The notes under the pieces are model-generated. The model was not told the DNA's origin and made no database searches. It was given only the letters and a program-made list of their open reading frames with translations. A stretch of 41,228 nucleotides of DNA from Pseudomonadota bacterium (GTDB lineage Bacteria; Pseudomonadota; Alphaproteobacteria; Rhodospirillales; 2-02-FULL-58-16), in contig JACZWD010000001.1 in NCBI GenBank assembly GCA_022572335.1, forward strand, positions 1-41,228, given 5' to 3'. Of this stretch, positions 16,700 to 33,264 are shown one piece after another; the stretch's first letter is position 1, and each line of letters starts with the position of its first letter. Made by a program: the position numbers and the translations under genes.

Positions 16700-17233
16700 C
16701 TATTTCTTCTTGCCTTCCTTGCGCAGTATGTATTCGTCGGCGTACTTGATGCCCTTGCCCTTGTAGGGTTCCGGCGGCCTGAACGCGCGGATCTCGGCGG
16801 CGGTCTGTCCGACGCGCTGCTTGTCCGCGCCGCTGACCGAGATATGGGTCTGGTCCGGGCACTGGACGGTGATGCCTTCGGGGATCGGGTAGTGCACCTC
16901 GTGGCTGAATCCGACTTGCAACACCAGATCCTTGCCCTCGATCCGGGCGCGGTATCCGACGCCGTTGATCTCCAGGCTGCGGGTGAAGCCCTCGGCGACG
17001 CCGGTGACCAGGTTGTTGACGACGCTGCGCGCCGTGCCCCACATCTGTTGGGCGCGGTCGCTGTCGTCCCGGGGCCGGACCACGATCTGGTCGCCGTCGC
17101 GCTTCACCTCCACCTCTTCCATCAGCGTCACGTGAAGCTCGCCGAGCTTGCCCCTAGCGGTGACCTGGCGGCCGGAGATCTCCACCGTGACGCCGTCGGG
17201 AATGGGGACCGGATGCTTGCCGATGCGGGACAT
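16700..17233 (-). CDS. rplF: 50S ribosomal protein L6
   Basis: MSRIGKHPVPIPDGVTVEISGRQVTARGKLGEL…PEPYKGKGIKYADEYILRKEGKKK. Confidence 0.97.
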   Translation of the reverse strand: MSRIGKHPVPIPDGVTVEISGRQVTARGKLGELHVTLMEEVEVKRDGDQIVVRPRDDSDRAQQMWGTARSVVNNLVTGVAEGFTRSLEINGVGYRARIEGKDLVLQVGFSHEVHYPIPEGITVQCPDQTHISVSGADKQRVGQTAAEIRAFRPPEPYKGKGIKYADEYILRKEGKKK

Positions 17234-17242
17234 GGCGGCGCC

Positions 17243-17635
17243 CTAAAACACCTGGCACAGCACTTCGCCACCGACGTTGGCGGCGCGCGCCTCGCTATCC
17301 GACAGCACGCCACGCGGCGTGGACAGAATCGAGATGCCAAGGCCGTCGTACATGCGCGACAGGTCCTTGATCTTGGAATAGACCCGGCGGCCGGGGGTGG
17401 AGACGCGGTTGATCTCGCGGATGACCGGGTCGCCTTCGTGATATTTGAGCTCGATCTTGAGCTCGTTCAGCCCCGGTCGAAGCTCGTACTGCGAATATCC
17501 CCGGATGAACCCTTCCCGTTTGAGGACCTCGAGCACGCCGCTGCGCAGCTTGGACGCCGGCGCGGTAACACTGCTTTTCCGCGCGCGCTGACCATTGCGG
17601 ATACGGGTCAGCATGTCACTCAAGGGATCGGACAT
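17243..17635 (-). CDS. rpsH: 30S ribosomal protein S8
   Basis: Trimmed to ATG 17635 ([23 protein letters not shown]…). Confidence 0.97.
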   Translation of the reverse strand: MSDPLSDMLTRIRNGQRARKSSVTAPASKLRSGVLEVLKREGFIRGYSQYELRPGLNELKIELKYHEGDPVIREINRVSTPGRRVYSKIKDLSRMYDGLGISILSTPRGVLSDSEARAANVGGEVLCQVF

Positions 17636-17654
17636 CGTCACTGTGTTTTCTCCC

Positions 17655-17960
17655 TTACCAGCTTGACTTGACCATGCCCGGGATCTGGCCCCGGGACGCA
17701 AGCTCGCGCAGCGCGATACGCGACAGGCGGAACTTGCGGTAATTGCCGCGCGGGCGGCCGGTGATCTCGCAGCGCAGGCGCACCCGCACGGGCGAGGAGT
17801 TGCGCGGCAGCACGGCCAGCTTCATGCGCGCGCTGAAGTGCTCTTCCGGCGACAGCAAGGGATCCTTTGCCATCGCCTTCAGCGCGGCCCGCTTGGCGGC
17901 ATACTTCTTGACCAGCCGCATGCGCTTCTTGTTCCTTTCGATGACGCTTTTCTTGGCCAT
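17655..17960 (-). CDS. rpsN: 30S ribosomal protein S14 (long, 101-aa form)
   Basis: [28 protein letters not shown]…[39 protein letters not shown]. Confidence 0.97.
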   Translation of the reverse strand: MAKKSVIERNKKRMRLVKKYAAKRAALKAMAKDPLLSPEEHFSARMKLAVLPRNSSPVRVRLRCEITGRPRGNYRKFRLSRIALRELASRGQIPGMVKSSW

Positions 17961-17982
17961 TTGGCTTTCCTCCTGAGGCCCA

Positions 17983-18522
17983 TTAACCGGGGAAGGGCAT
18001 GTCGAACGCCTTGAGCAAGGCCTTCGCCTCGGTGTCGGTGGGCGCGGTGGTACAGATCACGATGTCCATGCCCCGAATCTGGTCCACCTTGTCGTAGTCG
18101 ATCTCCGGAAAGATGATCTGCTCGCGCAATCCCAGGGCGAAATTGCCGCACCCGTCGAAGCTTTTGGCGGACAGCCCGCGAAAGTCACGGACCCGCGGCA
18201 GCGCCACGGTGATGAGGCGGTCCAGGAACTCGTACATGCGGGTCCGGCGCAGGGTGACTTTGCAGCCGACGATCATGCCGGCGCGAAGTTTGAACGTGGC
18301 GATGGACTTCTTGGCCTTGGTGATCACCGGCCGTTGCCCGGTGATCAGGGCCAATTCCTTGGCCGCGCTATCGATCTTCTTGCGATCCTGGGACGCCTCG
18401 CCAACCCCCATGTTGACGATGATCTTCTCCAGCTTCGGCACGCGCATGGGATTCTGGTAGCCGAACTCGCTGACCAGCTTCGGTACGACCGTTTTTTCGT
18501 AGTATTCGTGCAAGCGTGCCAT
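17983..18522 (-). CDS. rplE: 50S ribosomal protein L5
   Basis: Trimmed to ATG 18522 ([43 protein letters not shown]). Confidence 0.97.
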   Translation of the reverse strand: MARLHEYYEKTVVPKLVSEFGYQNPMRVPKLEKIIVNMGVGEASQDRKKIDSAAKELALITGQRPVITKAKKSIATFKLRAGMIVGCKVTLRRTRMYEFLDRLITVALPRVRDFRGLSAKSFDGCGNFALGLREQIIFPEIDYDKVDQIRGMDIVICTTAPTDTEAKALLKAFDMPFPG

Positions 18523-18538
18523 GGGCCGTGGACCTGTT

Positions 18539-18862
18539 TTACGTGTCGATGACTTCGCCGGACCGCTTCGCATAGCGGACCTTGCGGCCGTCTTCGAGGA
18601 ATTTGTAGCCGACGCGGGTGGCCAGGCTGGTCTTGGGATCGATGTGGGCCACGTTGGAGATGTGGATGGACGCCTCTTTCTCCACGATCCCCCCCCCCGA
18701 CGTCTGGCTTGGCCGGGTGTGGCGCTTGACCATATTCACGCCCTGGACGACAACCCGTTCCCGCTTGGTAATCACACGCAGAATCTCGCCCGTTTTGCCC
18801 TTGTCCCTGCCGGTCTGCACGATGACCCGGTCGCCCTTCCTGACTTTCCGCCTGCCCGCCAT
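18539..18862 (-). CDS. rplX: 50S ribosomal protein L24
   Basis: Trimmed to ATG 18862 ([30 protein letters not shown]…). The start overlaps the rplN stop by 1 nt (TGATG). Confidence 0.95.
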   Translation of the reverse strand: MAGRRKVRKGDRVIVQTGRDKGKTGEILRVITKRERVVVQGVNMVKRHTRPSQTSGGGIVEKEASIHISNVAHIDPKTSLATRVGYKFLEDGRKVRYAKRSGEVIDT

Positions 18863-19230
18863 CACAGCACCTCGGGGGCAAGGGAAATGATCTTCATGTA
18901 CCGCTTCGCCCGCAACTCGCGGGTCACGGGACCGAAGATGCGGGTTCCGATGGGCTCGCCCTGCTTGTCGATGAGCACCGCCGCGTTCTTGTCGAAGCGG
19001 ATGGCCGAGCCGTCGGAACGGCGGATATCCTTGGCTGTGCGCACGATCACCGCCCGCACGATCTCCCCCTTCTTGACCCGTCCCCGCGGAATCGCCTCCT
19101 TGACCGAGACGACGATCACGTCGCCCACGGATGCGTATCGGCGCTTGGACCCCCCCAGCACCTTGATACACTGCACCCGGCGCGCCCCCGAGTTGTCGGC
19201 GACGTACAAGTTGGTTTCCGCCTGGATCAT
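18862..19230 (-). CDS. rplN: 50S ribosomal protein L14
   Basis: [46 protein letters not shown]. Confidence 0.98.
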   Translation of the reverse strand: MIQAETNLYVADNSGARRVQCIKVLGGSKRRYASVGDVIVVSVKEAIPRGRVKKGEIVRAVIVRTAKDIRRSDGSAIRFDKNAAVLIDKQGEPIGTRIFGPVTRELRAKRYMKIISLAPEVL

Positions 19231-19259
19231 GGTCTTCGTTCCGTCCCTTCAAGGCGCGG

Positions 19260-19496
19260 TCAGCCGCCTTCGGGCACGACCTCCCAATGTTTGATCTTCG
19301 ACCGCGGCCGGCATTCCCGGATATTCACCACGTCGCCCACCTTGACCGCGTTGGTTTCGTCGTGGGCGGCGTACTTCTTGGAGCGACGGATGAACTTCTT
19401 GTACAGCGGGTGCATGATCCGGCGCTCCACCCTGACCACCACGGTCTTGTCCGGCTTGTCGCTGACGCAGACCCCTTGCAGTACTCGCCTCGGCAT
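19260..19496 (-). CDS. rpsQ: 30S ribosomal protein S17
   Basis: [46 protein letters not shown]. Confidence 0.97.
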   Translation of the reverse strand: MPRRVLQGVCVSDKPDKTVVVRVERRIMHPLYKKFIRRSKKYAAHDETNAVKVGDVVNIRECRPRSKIKHWEVVPEGG

Positions 19497-19513
19497 GCCT
19501 TCAGTCCCTTTCC

Positions 19514-19723
19514 TTAAGACCCGGCCGGGGACGCGGCCCGGCCGCGCTCGCCCCGGATGGTCTTGATGCGCGCGATGTCGCGGGACACCTGGCCCACGCG
19601 GGCGGTGTTCTCCAGCTGGCCGCTCGCCGCCTGGAAGCGCAGGTTGAAGGCCTCCTTCCTGAGGTCGAGGAGCTGATCCTTCAGCTCGTCATCGCTCTTG
19701 GCCCGCAGGTCCGCCGCTTTCAT
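19514..19723 (-). CDS. rpmC: 50S ribosomal protein L29
   Basis: Trimmed to ATG 19723 ([40 protein letters not shown]). Confidence 0.95.
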   Translation of the reverse strand: MKAADLRAKSDDELKDQLLDLRKEAFNLRFQAASGQLENTARVGQVSRDIARIKTIRGERGRAASPAGS

Positions 19724-19727
19724 GGCT

Positions 19728-20147
19728 TCACTCCTCTTCGCTCCAGCGCGCGATGAAGCGCGTCCGCAGCGGCAGCTTGGCGGCCCCCAGCTCGAACGCC
19801 CGCCTGGCAATTTTCCGCGACACCCCGTCGACTTCGAACATGATGCGGCCCGGCTTCACGCGGCAGGCCCAGAATTCGGGCGATCCCTTGCCCTTTCCCT
19901 GCCGCACCTCGGCCGGCTTCTGGGTCACCGGCAGGTCCGGATAGATGCGTATCCACACCCGCCCGGAACGTTTCATGTGCCGGGTTATGGCCCGCCGGGC
20001 GGCCTCGATCTGGCGCGCCGTGACCCGTTCGGGGGACGTCGCCTTGAGGCCGTATGCGCCGAAGTTGAGCTTGGTGCCGCCCTTGGCTTGACCGTGGATA
20101 CGCCCTTTGTGCGCCTTGCGGTACTTGGTTCGTTTGGGACTGAGCAT
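19728..20147 (-). CDS. rplP: 50S ribosomal protein L16
   Basis: [36 protein letters not shown]. Confidence 0.98.
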   Translation of the reverse strand: MLSPKRTKYRKAHKGRIHGQAKGGTKLNFGAYGLKATSPERVTARQIEAARRAITRHMKRSGRVWIRIYPDLPVTQKPAEVRQGKGKGSPEFWACRVKPGRIMFEVDGVSRKIARRAFELGAAKLPLRTRFIARWSEEE

Positions 20148-20184
20148 CGTATTCCTGTTTTCCGCTGGTCACACGCGTCCGCCG

Positions 20185-20862
20185 CTAGCGCGTCGGCTGC
20201 TGTTCGATGGCCTGCTTGTCCATGGCCATCGGGTCGTGGGCCATGACCTCGCCCTTGAAAATCCACACCTTGACCCCGCAGATGCCGTACGTGGTTTTGG
20301 CCGCGGCGCTGCCGTAGTCCACGTGGGCCCGCATGGTGTGCAGGGGCACCCGGCCTTCGCGGTACCAAACGGCGCGGGCGATCTCGGCGCCGCCCAGGCG
20401 GCCCCCGCAGTTGATGCGGATGCCAAGCGCGCCGAGACGCATGGCCGACTGGACGGAGCGCTTCATGGCGCGGCGTATGGAGACCCGCCGTTCCATCTGC
20501 TGGGCGATGTTCTCGGCCACCAGCTGGGCCTCGATTTCGGGCTTGCGGATCTCGACGATGTTCACGTGCACCTCGGAACCCGTGATCTTCCCGATATCGG
20601 TGCGCAGCCTCTCGATGTCGGCGCCCTTCTTGCCGATCACCACCCCGGGCCGGGCCGTGTGGATGGTGATCCGGGCCTTCTTGGCGGGACGCTCGATGAC
20701 GATGCGCGAGACGCCGGCCTGGGCCAGGCGCTCACGGAGGAAATCGCGGATTTTGAGATCCTCATGGAGAAGATCGGCGTAGCCGTCCGCGGCGTACCAC
20801 CGGGAATCCCAGGTGCGGTTGATCCCCAGCCGGAACCCGATGGGATTGACCTTTTGCCCCAT
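20185..20862 (-). CDS. rpsC: 30S ribosomal protein S3 (225 aa from the internal ATG)
   Basis: [24 protein letters not shown]… starts at ATG 20862..20860. GGAGGAGGAGGAG lies 8 nt upstream. The ORF is open upstream into rplV. Confidence 0.95.
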   Translation of the reverse strand: MGQKVNPIGFRLGINRTWDSRWYAADGYADLLHEDLKIRDFLRERLAQAGVSRIVIERPAKKARITIHTARPGVVIGKKGADIERLRTDIGKITGSEVHVNIVEIRKPEIEAQLVAENIAQQMERRVSIRRAMKRSVQSAMRLGALGIRINCGGRLGGAEIARAVWYREGRVPLHTMRAHVDYGSAAAKTTYGICGVKVWIFKGEVMAHDPMAMDKQAIEQQPTR

Positions 20863-21249
20863 TATGCGCTCTCCTCCTCCTCCGGCCTCGCGGACCACCA
20901 GCCTGAGATTGCTGAACGGCTTGTGGATCCGCCCGGCGCGGCCCCGGGCACGGGGACGCCACCGCTTCATGACCAGGCTGCGGCCGACCGAAGCCTCGGC
21001 CACGTAGAGCCGGTCCACATCCAACTGATGGTTGTTCTCGGCGTTGGCAATGGCCGATTCCAACACCTTTCTCACATCCGCGGCGATGCGCCGCCTGGAG
21101 AACTCGAGCTCGGCCAGCGCCGACTCGCACGGCATGCCGCGGATGGCGCCGGCGATCAGGTTGAGCTTCTGCGCGCTGACGCGCAGGCGCTTGGCGAACG
21201 CCATCGCTTCGTTGTCGGCCAGTCGCCGCGGGGCGGAGGATTTGCCCAT
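20863..21249 (-). CDS. rplV: 50S ribosomal protein L22; no stop codon in its own frame, so it reads through in frame into rpsC
   Basis: [38 protein letters not shown]…[11 protein letters not shown]…[12 protein letters not shown] is L22. The next in-frame stop is the rpsC stop at 20185. A +1-frame TAA lies at 20864..20862. Confidence 0.85.
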
Positions 21250-21251
21250 GG

Positions 21252-21530
21252 TCAGGTCCTTTTCGCCCTCTTGTCGGCGGAATGGCCGAAATACGTGCGG
21301 GTCGGCGAGAACTCACCCAGCTTGTGGCCGATCATGTCCTCGGTCACCAGCACGGGGATGAACTTGCGGCCGTTGTAGACGCCGAAGGTCAGGCCCACGA
21401 ACTGGGGCAGGATGGTGGAGCGCCGGGACCATGTCTTGATGATCTCGCTGCGCGCCGAGGCGCGCGCGTTCTCCGCCTTCTTGAGAAGGTAGCCATCGAC
21501 GAACGGACCTTTCCACACGGAACGCGCCAC
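21252..21530 (-). CDS. rpsS: 30S ribosomal protein S19 (GTG start)
   Basis: (M)[19 protein letters not shown]…[31 protein letters not shown]. The first codon is GTG (21530..21528), preceded by AAGGAGAGG. Confidence 0.97.
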   Translation of the reverse strand: MARSVWKGPFVDGYLLKKAENARASARSEIIKTWSRRSTILPQFVGLTFGVYNGRKFIPVLVTEDMIGHKLGEFSPTRTYFGHSADKRAKRT

Positions 21531-21542
21531 GCCGCCTCTCCT

Positions 21543-22373
21543 TTACTTCTTGCTGCGACGGCGGCGCATGATCAGCCTGTCCGTCTTCTTGTTTCTGCGG
21601 GTTCGTTTGCCCTTGGTCGGCTTGCCCCACGGGGTCACCGGATGGCGGCCGCCCGAGCTTCGCCCCTCGCCGCCCCCGTGGGGGTGGTCGATGGGGTTCA
21701 TGGCGACGCCGCGCACCGACGGGCGCTTGCCCAGCCAACGATTGCGGCCCGCTTTGCCCAGTTTGATGTTCTTCTGGTCGGCGTTGGAGACGGCGCCGAT
21801 CGTGGCCATGCATTCGGCCCGCACCATGCGCAGCTCCCCCGAGCTGAGACGAAGCTGGGCGTATCCCTGGTCCTTGCCGATGAGCTGCACGTAGGTGCCG
21901 GCGGAGCGGGCGATCTGGCCGCCCTTGCCCACCTTCATCTCGACGTTGTGAATGATGGTGCCGACGGGAATGTTCTGCATGGGCATGGCATTGCCGGGCC
22001 GGATGTCCGCTGTCTCCGCGGCAACGACCTTGTCCCCGGGAAGCAGGCGCTGGGGTGCCAGGATGTAGGCCATCTCGCCGTCCTCATAGCGGACGAGGGC
22101 GATGAAGGCGGTGCGGTTGGGGTCGTATTCCAGCCGTTCGACGGTGGCCGGCATGTCGAATTTCCGGCGCTTGAAGTCGATGATGCGGTAGCGCCGCTTG
22201 TGCCCGCCGCCGCGCCGCCGCGCGGTCATGCGGCCGGTGTTGTTGCGGCCGCCCTTCTTGCGCAGGCCTTCGGTCAGGGACTTCTCGGGCTTGCCTTTCC
22301 ACAGGCCAGAGCGGTCCACGAGGACCAGGCCGCGGCGTCCCGGCGTCGTCGGATTGAACTGCTTCAGTGCCAT
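21543..22373 (-). CDS. rplB: 50S ribosomal protein L2
   Basis: [15 protein letters not shown]…[15 protein letters not shown]…[13 protein letters not shown]. Confidence 0.98.
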   Translation of the reverse strand: MALKQFNPTTPGRRGLVLVDRSGLWKGKPEKSLTEGLRKKGGRNNTGRMTARRRGGGHKRRYRIIDFKRRKFDMPATVERLEYDPNRTAFIALVRYEDGEMAYILAPQRLLPGDKVVAAETADIRPGNAMPMQNIPVGTIIHNVEMKVGKGGQIARSAGTYVQLIGKDQGYAQLRLSSGELRMVRAECMATIGAVSNADQKNIKLGKAGRNRWLGKRPSVRGVAMNPIDHPHGGGEGRSSGGRHPVTPWGKPTKGKRTRRNKKTDRLIMRRRRSKK

Positions 22374-22384
22374 GGCCGCCTTAC

Positions 22385-22723
22385 CTACACCCCCGTCGTG
22401 ATGTCGATCGAGTGGCCCTCGGCCAGGGTGACGATGGCCTTCTTGGTGTCCACCCGCTTGCCGACCTGGCCGCGGAACATTTTCACCTTGCCCCGTTGGC
22501 GCAGGGTGTTCACGGCCTTGACCTTGACCTTGAACAGGTCCTCGATCGCCGCCTTGATCTCGGGCTTGGAGGCGTCCAGCGGCACCCGGAAGCTGACCTG
22601 GTTGAATTCCGAAAGCAGCGTCGCCTTCTCCGTCACCACGGGTGCGCGGACGATTTCGTACATGCGCTCCTTGCTCACACGCGTCTTGCCGGGGCGGGCG
22701 GCCTTGGCCCGGGCGGCGCTCAT
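22385..22723 (-). CDS. rplW: 50S ribosomal protein L23
   Basis: …[52 protein letters not shown]. The ATG overlaps the rplD stop (ATGA). Confidence 0.95.
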   Translation of the reverse strand: MSAARAKAARPGKTRVSKERMYEIVRAPVVTEKATLLSEFNQVSFRVPLDASKPEIKAAIEDLFKVKVKAVNTLRQRGKVKMFRGQVGKRVDTKKAIVTLAEGHSIDITTGV

Positions 22724-23340
22724 TTCAGCCGCTCCACAAGCTTGCCGACCGCGTCCCTGGTCAACACCAGGGTATCGCTGCGCAGGATGTCGTACACGTT
22801 GGCCCCCGGGCTGGGCAGCAGGTCCAGGCCGACGATGTTGGCGGCGGCGCGGGCGAAGTTCCCGTCCACCTCGGCGCCGTCGATGATGAGGACGGAGGTC
22901 CAGCCCAGCTTTTCCATCCGCTTCGCCAGATCCGCGGTCTTCGGTTTTTCGAGCTTGGCGGAGTCGAGGACCACCAGCTTGCCGTCCGCCTGCTTGGCCG
23001 ACAGCGCCGTCTTGAGGGCCAGCCGGCGCACCTTCTTGGGCAGACCGTGGGCATGGCTGCGCACCACCGGGCCGAAGACCACGCCGCCGCCGCGATGCTG
23101 GGGCGCCCGCGCCGTCCCCTGCCGCGCCCGGCCGGTCCCCTTCTGCCGGAAGGGTTTGCGGGTGCTGCCGCTGACCTCGCCGTGGGTCTTGGTCTTGCGG
23201 GTTCCGGCGCGGCGCTTGGCGAGTTGCCAGTTGACGGCGCGGGTCAGGATATCGGCGCGGACCGGCACGCCGAACACCGACTCATCCAGGTCGATCTTGC
23301 CCACCGTCTTGTTCTCGAGGCTGATGACGTCGCACCGCAT
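22720..23340 (-). CDS. rplD: 50S ribosomal protein L4
   Basis: …[34 protein letters not shown] is the L4 signature. Confidence 0.97.
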   Translation of the reverse strand: MRCDVISLENKTVGKIDLDESVFGVPVRADILTRAVNWQLAKRRAGTRKTKTHGEVSGSTRKPFRQKGTGRARQGTARAPQHRGGGVVFGPVVRSHAHGLPKKVRRLALKTALSAKQADGKLVVLDSAKLEKPKTADLAKRMEKLGWTSVLIIDGAEVDGNFARAAANIVGLDLLPSPGANVYDILRSDTLVLTRDAVGKLVERLK

Positions 23341-23345
23341 GGCGT

Positions 23346-24152
23346 CTATTCCTTGGCCTCTTCCTGTTCCGCCTCGCCCGCGGGCGACTCCTCGGCGGCA
23401 CCGTCGGCGGCGGGACTCTCGTCGGGGGGAGTCTCCCCGGCCGCCGCCTCGCCGGCGGCATCGGCGTCCGGCGCGCCGGCGCCGCGGATCGCCGCCGGGA
23501 ACGGAACCCCGTCCGGCAACGGCTTCTTCTTCGCATCGATCACCAGCACAAGGCCGCCCTTGGCCCCCGGCACCGCGCCCTTGATCATGATGATCCCCCG
23601 CCCGGCGTCGGTGGCCACCACTTCCAGACTGTGCACGGTGACCCGCCGGTCACCCATGTGGCCGGCCATTTTCTTGCCTTTGAACACCTTGCCCGGATCC
23701 TGGCATTGGCCGGTCGAGCCATGGCTGCGGTGGCTGACGGACACGCCGTGGGAGGCGCCCAGCCCGGAGAAGCCGTGCCGCTTTATGACGCCGGCAAAGC
23801 CCTTGCCGATGGACGTCCCCTGGACGTCGACGAACTGGCCGGCGACGAAATGGTCGGCCGAGAGTTCGGCGCCCACGTCGACAAGGGCGTCGGGAGTGAC
23901 CCGGAACTCCGTCAGGCCGCGCTTGGGCTCCACCTTGGCCCTGGCAAAGTGGCCGCGCATGGCCTTGGTAACGTTCTTCACCTTGGCCACGCCGTGGCCG
24001 AGCTGAAGGGCGTTGTAGCCGTCCTTGTCCTCGGTGCGCTGGGCCACCACCTGCAAGGCGTCCACCTTCAGCACCGTGACCGGCACGTGGCGGCCATCGC
24101 CGGTGAAGATCCGGCTCATGCCAAGTTTGCGCGTTATCAACCCGGTTCGCAT
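23346..24152 (-). CDS. rplC: 50S ribosomal protein L3 with an acidic low-complexity C-terminal tail (268 aa)
   Basis: [30 protein letters not shown]…[17 protein letters not shown]. The ATG overlaps the rpsJ TAA (TAATG). Confidence 0.97.
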   Translation of the reverse strand: MRTGLITRKLGMSRIFTGDGRHVPVTVLKVDALQVVAQRTEDKDGYNALQLGHGVAKVKNVTKAMRGHFARAKVEPKRGLTEFRVTPDALVDVGAELSADHFVAGQFVDVQGTSIGKGFAGVIKRHGFSGLGASHGVSVSHRSHGSTGQCQDPGKVFKGKKMAGHMGDRRVTVHSLEVVATDAGRGIIMIKGAVPGAKGGLVLVIDAKKKPLPDGVPFPAAIRGAGAPDADAAGEAAAGETPPDESPAADGAAEESPAGEAEQEEAKE

Positions 24153-24460
24153 TACAGCTTGATTTCCACGTCGACGCCGGCGGCCAGATCGAGCTTCATC
24201 AGCGCGTCGACGGTCTGCGGCGTCGGATCGATGATGTCGAGCACCCGCTTGTGGGTGCGAATTTCGAACTGCTCGCGCGATTTCTTGTCGATGTGCGGCG
24301 AGCGCAGCACCGTAAACCGCTCGATCCGGGTGGGCAGGGGAATGGGACCGCGAACCTGGGCGCCCGTGCGCCGCGCGGTGCTCACGATCTCGCGGGCCGA
24401 CTGATCGAGCACGCGGTGGTCAAAGGCCTTCAGCCGGATGCGTATGTTCTGGTTTTCCAT
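24152..24460 (-). CDS. rpsJ: 30S ribosomal protein S10
   Basis: Trimmed to ATG 24460 ([44 protein letters not shown]). Confidence 0.97.
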   Translation of the reverse strand: MENQNIRIRLKAFDHRVLDQSAREIVSTARRTGAQVRGPIPLPTRIERFTVLRSPHIDKKSREQFEIRTHKRVLDIIDPTPQTVDALMKLDLAAGVDVEIKL

Positions 24461-24497
24461 GTTCGGTCCCGTCAACCCCTGGCGTACCTTCGCGGCC

Positions 24498-25688
<1,191 letters not shown>

Positions 25689-25716
25689 GTCCGCCTACCC
25701 TTTTTTTCCCTGTTCC

Positions 25717-27795
25717 TCACCCGGCCAGCTTGGTCCGGACTTCCTCGGACACCTGCTGGGGAACCTCCGCGTAGTGATCGAAGTGCATGGTGAACTGGCC
25801 CCGTCCCTGGCTCGCGGAGCGCAGCGAGCTGACGTAGCCGAACATGGTGGCGAGCGGCACGAACGCGGTGATCACCCGCGCGTTGGCGCGCTGACTCATG
25901 TCGCTGACCTGACCACGCCGGCCGTTCAGATTGCCGATGATGTCGCCCATGTATTCTTCCGGTGTCACCACCTCGACGCGCATGATGGGCTCCAACATTT
26001 TCGGCGCCGCGTTCACCATGCCCTCGCGGAAGGCGGCGCGGGCGGCGATTTCGAAGGCCAGCGCGCTGGAGTCCACGTCGTGGGAATCGCCATCCAGGAG
26101 GGTCGCCTTGAAATCGGTGACCGGAAATCCGGACAAGACGCCGGTTTCACAGGCCTGTCTCAACCCTTTCTCCACGCTCGGTATGAACTCCCTCGGCACG
26201 CTGCCGCCCGTCACCTTGCTTTGGAACTGGTACCCGGATCCGGAGGGAAGGGGCTCGAAACGGATTTTCACCCGCGCGAACTGGCCGGCGCCGCCGGTTT
26301 GTTTCTTGTGGATATAGTCCACGTCGTTGACCCGGGAAATGGTTTCCCGGTAGGCCACCTGGGGGGGGCCCACGCTGGCCTCCACATTGAACTCGCGCCG
26401 CATGCGGTCGATCAGAATCTCCAGATGGAGCTCGCCCATGCCCTTGATCACCGTCTGACCGCTCTCCGCGTCCAAGGAAACGCGAAACGAAGGGTCCTCG
26501 GCGGCCAGGCGGGCCAGCGCCACGCCCATCTTCTCTTGATCGACCTTGGTCTTGGGCTCGACGGCGACCTCGATGACGGGTTCCGGGAATTCCATGCGCT
26601 CCAACACGACCGGGTTTCTGGGATCGCAAAGCGTATCCCCGGTGGTGGTGTCTTTCAGCCCCGCCAGGGCCACGATGTCCCCGGCGCGGGCCTCGGTCAG
26701 TTCCTCGCGGGCATTGGCGTGCATCAGCAGCATGCGGCCTATGCGCTCGCGCTTGTTCTTGACCGCGTTTAGAATCTGCCCGCCGCTGGTGACGACGCCG
26801 GAGTAGATGCGAACGAAGGTGAGCGAGCCGACGAACGGGTCGCTCATGATCTTGAACGCCAGCGCCGAGAACGGCTCATCGTCCGAGTTGTGGCGCTCGA
26901 TCACCTCGTCCGAGCCGACCTTCACGCCTTTGATCGAGGGCACGTCGGTGGGCGCGGGCAGGAAATCGACCACGGCGTCCAGGAGCGTCTGCACGCCCTT
27001 GTTCTTGAAGGCGGCGCCGCACAGCACGGGCACGAAAGCGCCGGAGACGGTGCCCCTGCGCACGCACTTTTTAAGGGTCGCCACATCGATCTTTCCGTCT
27101 TCCAGATAGGCCTCCATGGCCGCGTCGTCCTGCTCGATCGCCAACTCGACCAGCGTCTCGCGGTACGCCGCCGCCTGTTCCGCGAGATCGTCCGGAATCG
27201 CGCTCCGGTCGAATTCGGCGCCCAGGGTCTCATCCTTCCAGGTCACGGCCTCCCTGGCGATGAGATCGACGACGCCGGCGAAATCGTTTTCGGAGCCGAT
27301 GGGAAGCTGGATAACCAGGGGTTTGGCGCCCAGCCGGTCTTCGATCATGTCCACGCAGCGGAAGTAGTCGGCGCCGACGCGGTCCATCTTGTTGACGAAA
27401 CAAACCCTGGGCACGTCGTACCGGTCGGCTTGGCGCCACACGGTTTCCGACTGGGGCTCGACGCCGGCCACGCTGTCGAAAACGGCCACCGCCCCGTCCA
27501 GGACCCGCAGGCTGCGCTCCACTTCGATGGTGAAGTCCACGTGCCCCGGGGTGTCGATGATGTTGATGCGGTGATCGTTCCAGAAACAGGTCGTCGCGGC
27601 CGACGTAATGGTGATGCCCCGTTCCTGCTCCTGCTCCATCCAGTCCATGGTCGCGTTGCCGTCATGGACCTCGCCGATCTTATAGGAGCGGCCGGTGTAA
27701 TAGAGGATGCGCTCGGTGGTCGTCGTCTTGCCGGCATCGATGTGAGCCATGATGCCGATGTTGCGGTAGCGCTCAAGTGGCGTGGTGCGAGCCAT
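25717..27795 (-). CDS. fusA: elongation factor G
   Basis: [35 protein letters not shown]…, 692 aa. Confidence 0.99.
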   Translation of the reverse strand: MARTTPLERYRNIGIMAHIDAGKTTTTERILYYTGRSYKIGEVHDGNATMDWMEQEQERGITITSAATTCFWNDHRINIIDTPGHVDFTIEVERSLRVLDGAVAVFDSVAGVEPQSETVWRQADRYDVPRVCFVNKMDRVGADYFRCVDMIEDRLGAKPLVIQLPIGSENDFAGVVDLIAREAVTWKDETLGAEFDRSAIPDDLAEQAAAYRETLVELAIEQDDAAMEAYLEDGKIDVATLKKCVRRGTVSGAFVPVLCGAAFKNKGVQTLLDAVVDFLPAPTDVPSIKGVKVGSDEVIERHNSDDEPFSALAFKIMSDPFVGSLTFVRIYSGVVTSGGQILNAVKNKRERIGRMLLMHANAREELTEARAGDIVALAGLKDTTTGDTLCDPRNPVVLERMEFPEPVIEVAVEPKTKVDQEKMGVALARLAAEDPSFRVSLDAESGQTVIKGMGELHLEILIDRMRREFNVEASVGPPQVAYRETISRVNDVDYIHKKQTGGAGQFARVKIRFEPLPSGSGYQFQSKVTGGSVPREFIPSVEKGLRQACETGVLSGFPVTDFKATLLDGDSHDVDSSALAFEIAARAAFREGMVNAAPKMLEPIMRVEVVTPEEYMGDIIGNLNGRRGQVSDMSQRANARVITAFVPLATMFGYVSSLRSASQGRGQFTMHFDHYAEVPQQVSEEVRTKLAG

Positions 27796-27816
27796 GGTCC
27801 GAACCGTCCGCCTGTA

Positions 27817-28672
<856 letters not shown>

Positions 28673-28858
28673 CGCGCCTGTTTCATCCCCATGAGCACCA
28701 ACGCACCCGGTGCAAAAAACCTCCGGATAGGCACCAAAACGCCCTTCCGGGGGCCGATTCGTGACGCCACGAAGGGCGTCGATCTTGTTTTCCTAATCGC
28801 AAAGGGGACTGCGTCTGGGCCGGACGGCCCACCACCAGCCCCCTGCGGAGAGGGCCGC

Positions 28859-28887
28859 ATACTAGTTAAGCACCCCGACGCCGTCAA
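28859..28887 (-). promoter_or_regulatory. candidate sigma70 promoter of the str operon
   Basis: The minus strand reads TTGACG-N17-TAGTAT (-35 at 28887..28882, -10 at 28864..28859). It lies in the 302-nt rpoC-rpsL spacer and implies a 5' leader of about 180 nt. Confidence 0.5.
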
Positions 28888-28974
28888 GCAAAACCATGTC
28901 GATTTTTCCCGGTTTTCCGCCGAATAATCCGGGTCGGACGGAGCCGCCGGAGGCCCTGTTCCGGTCTCCTGCCG

Positions 28975-33225
<4,251 letters not shown>

Positions 33226-33264
33226 TTACTCTCCTCGACCGCCGAAAACCGCTCGGTCGTCCGG

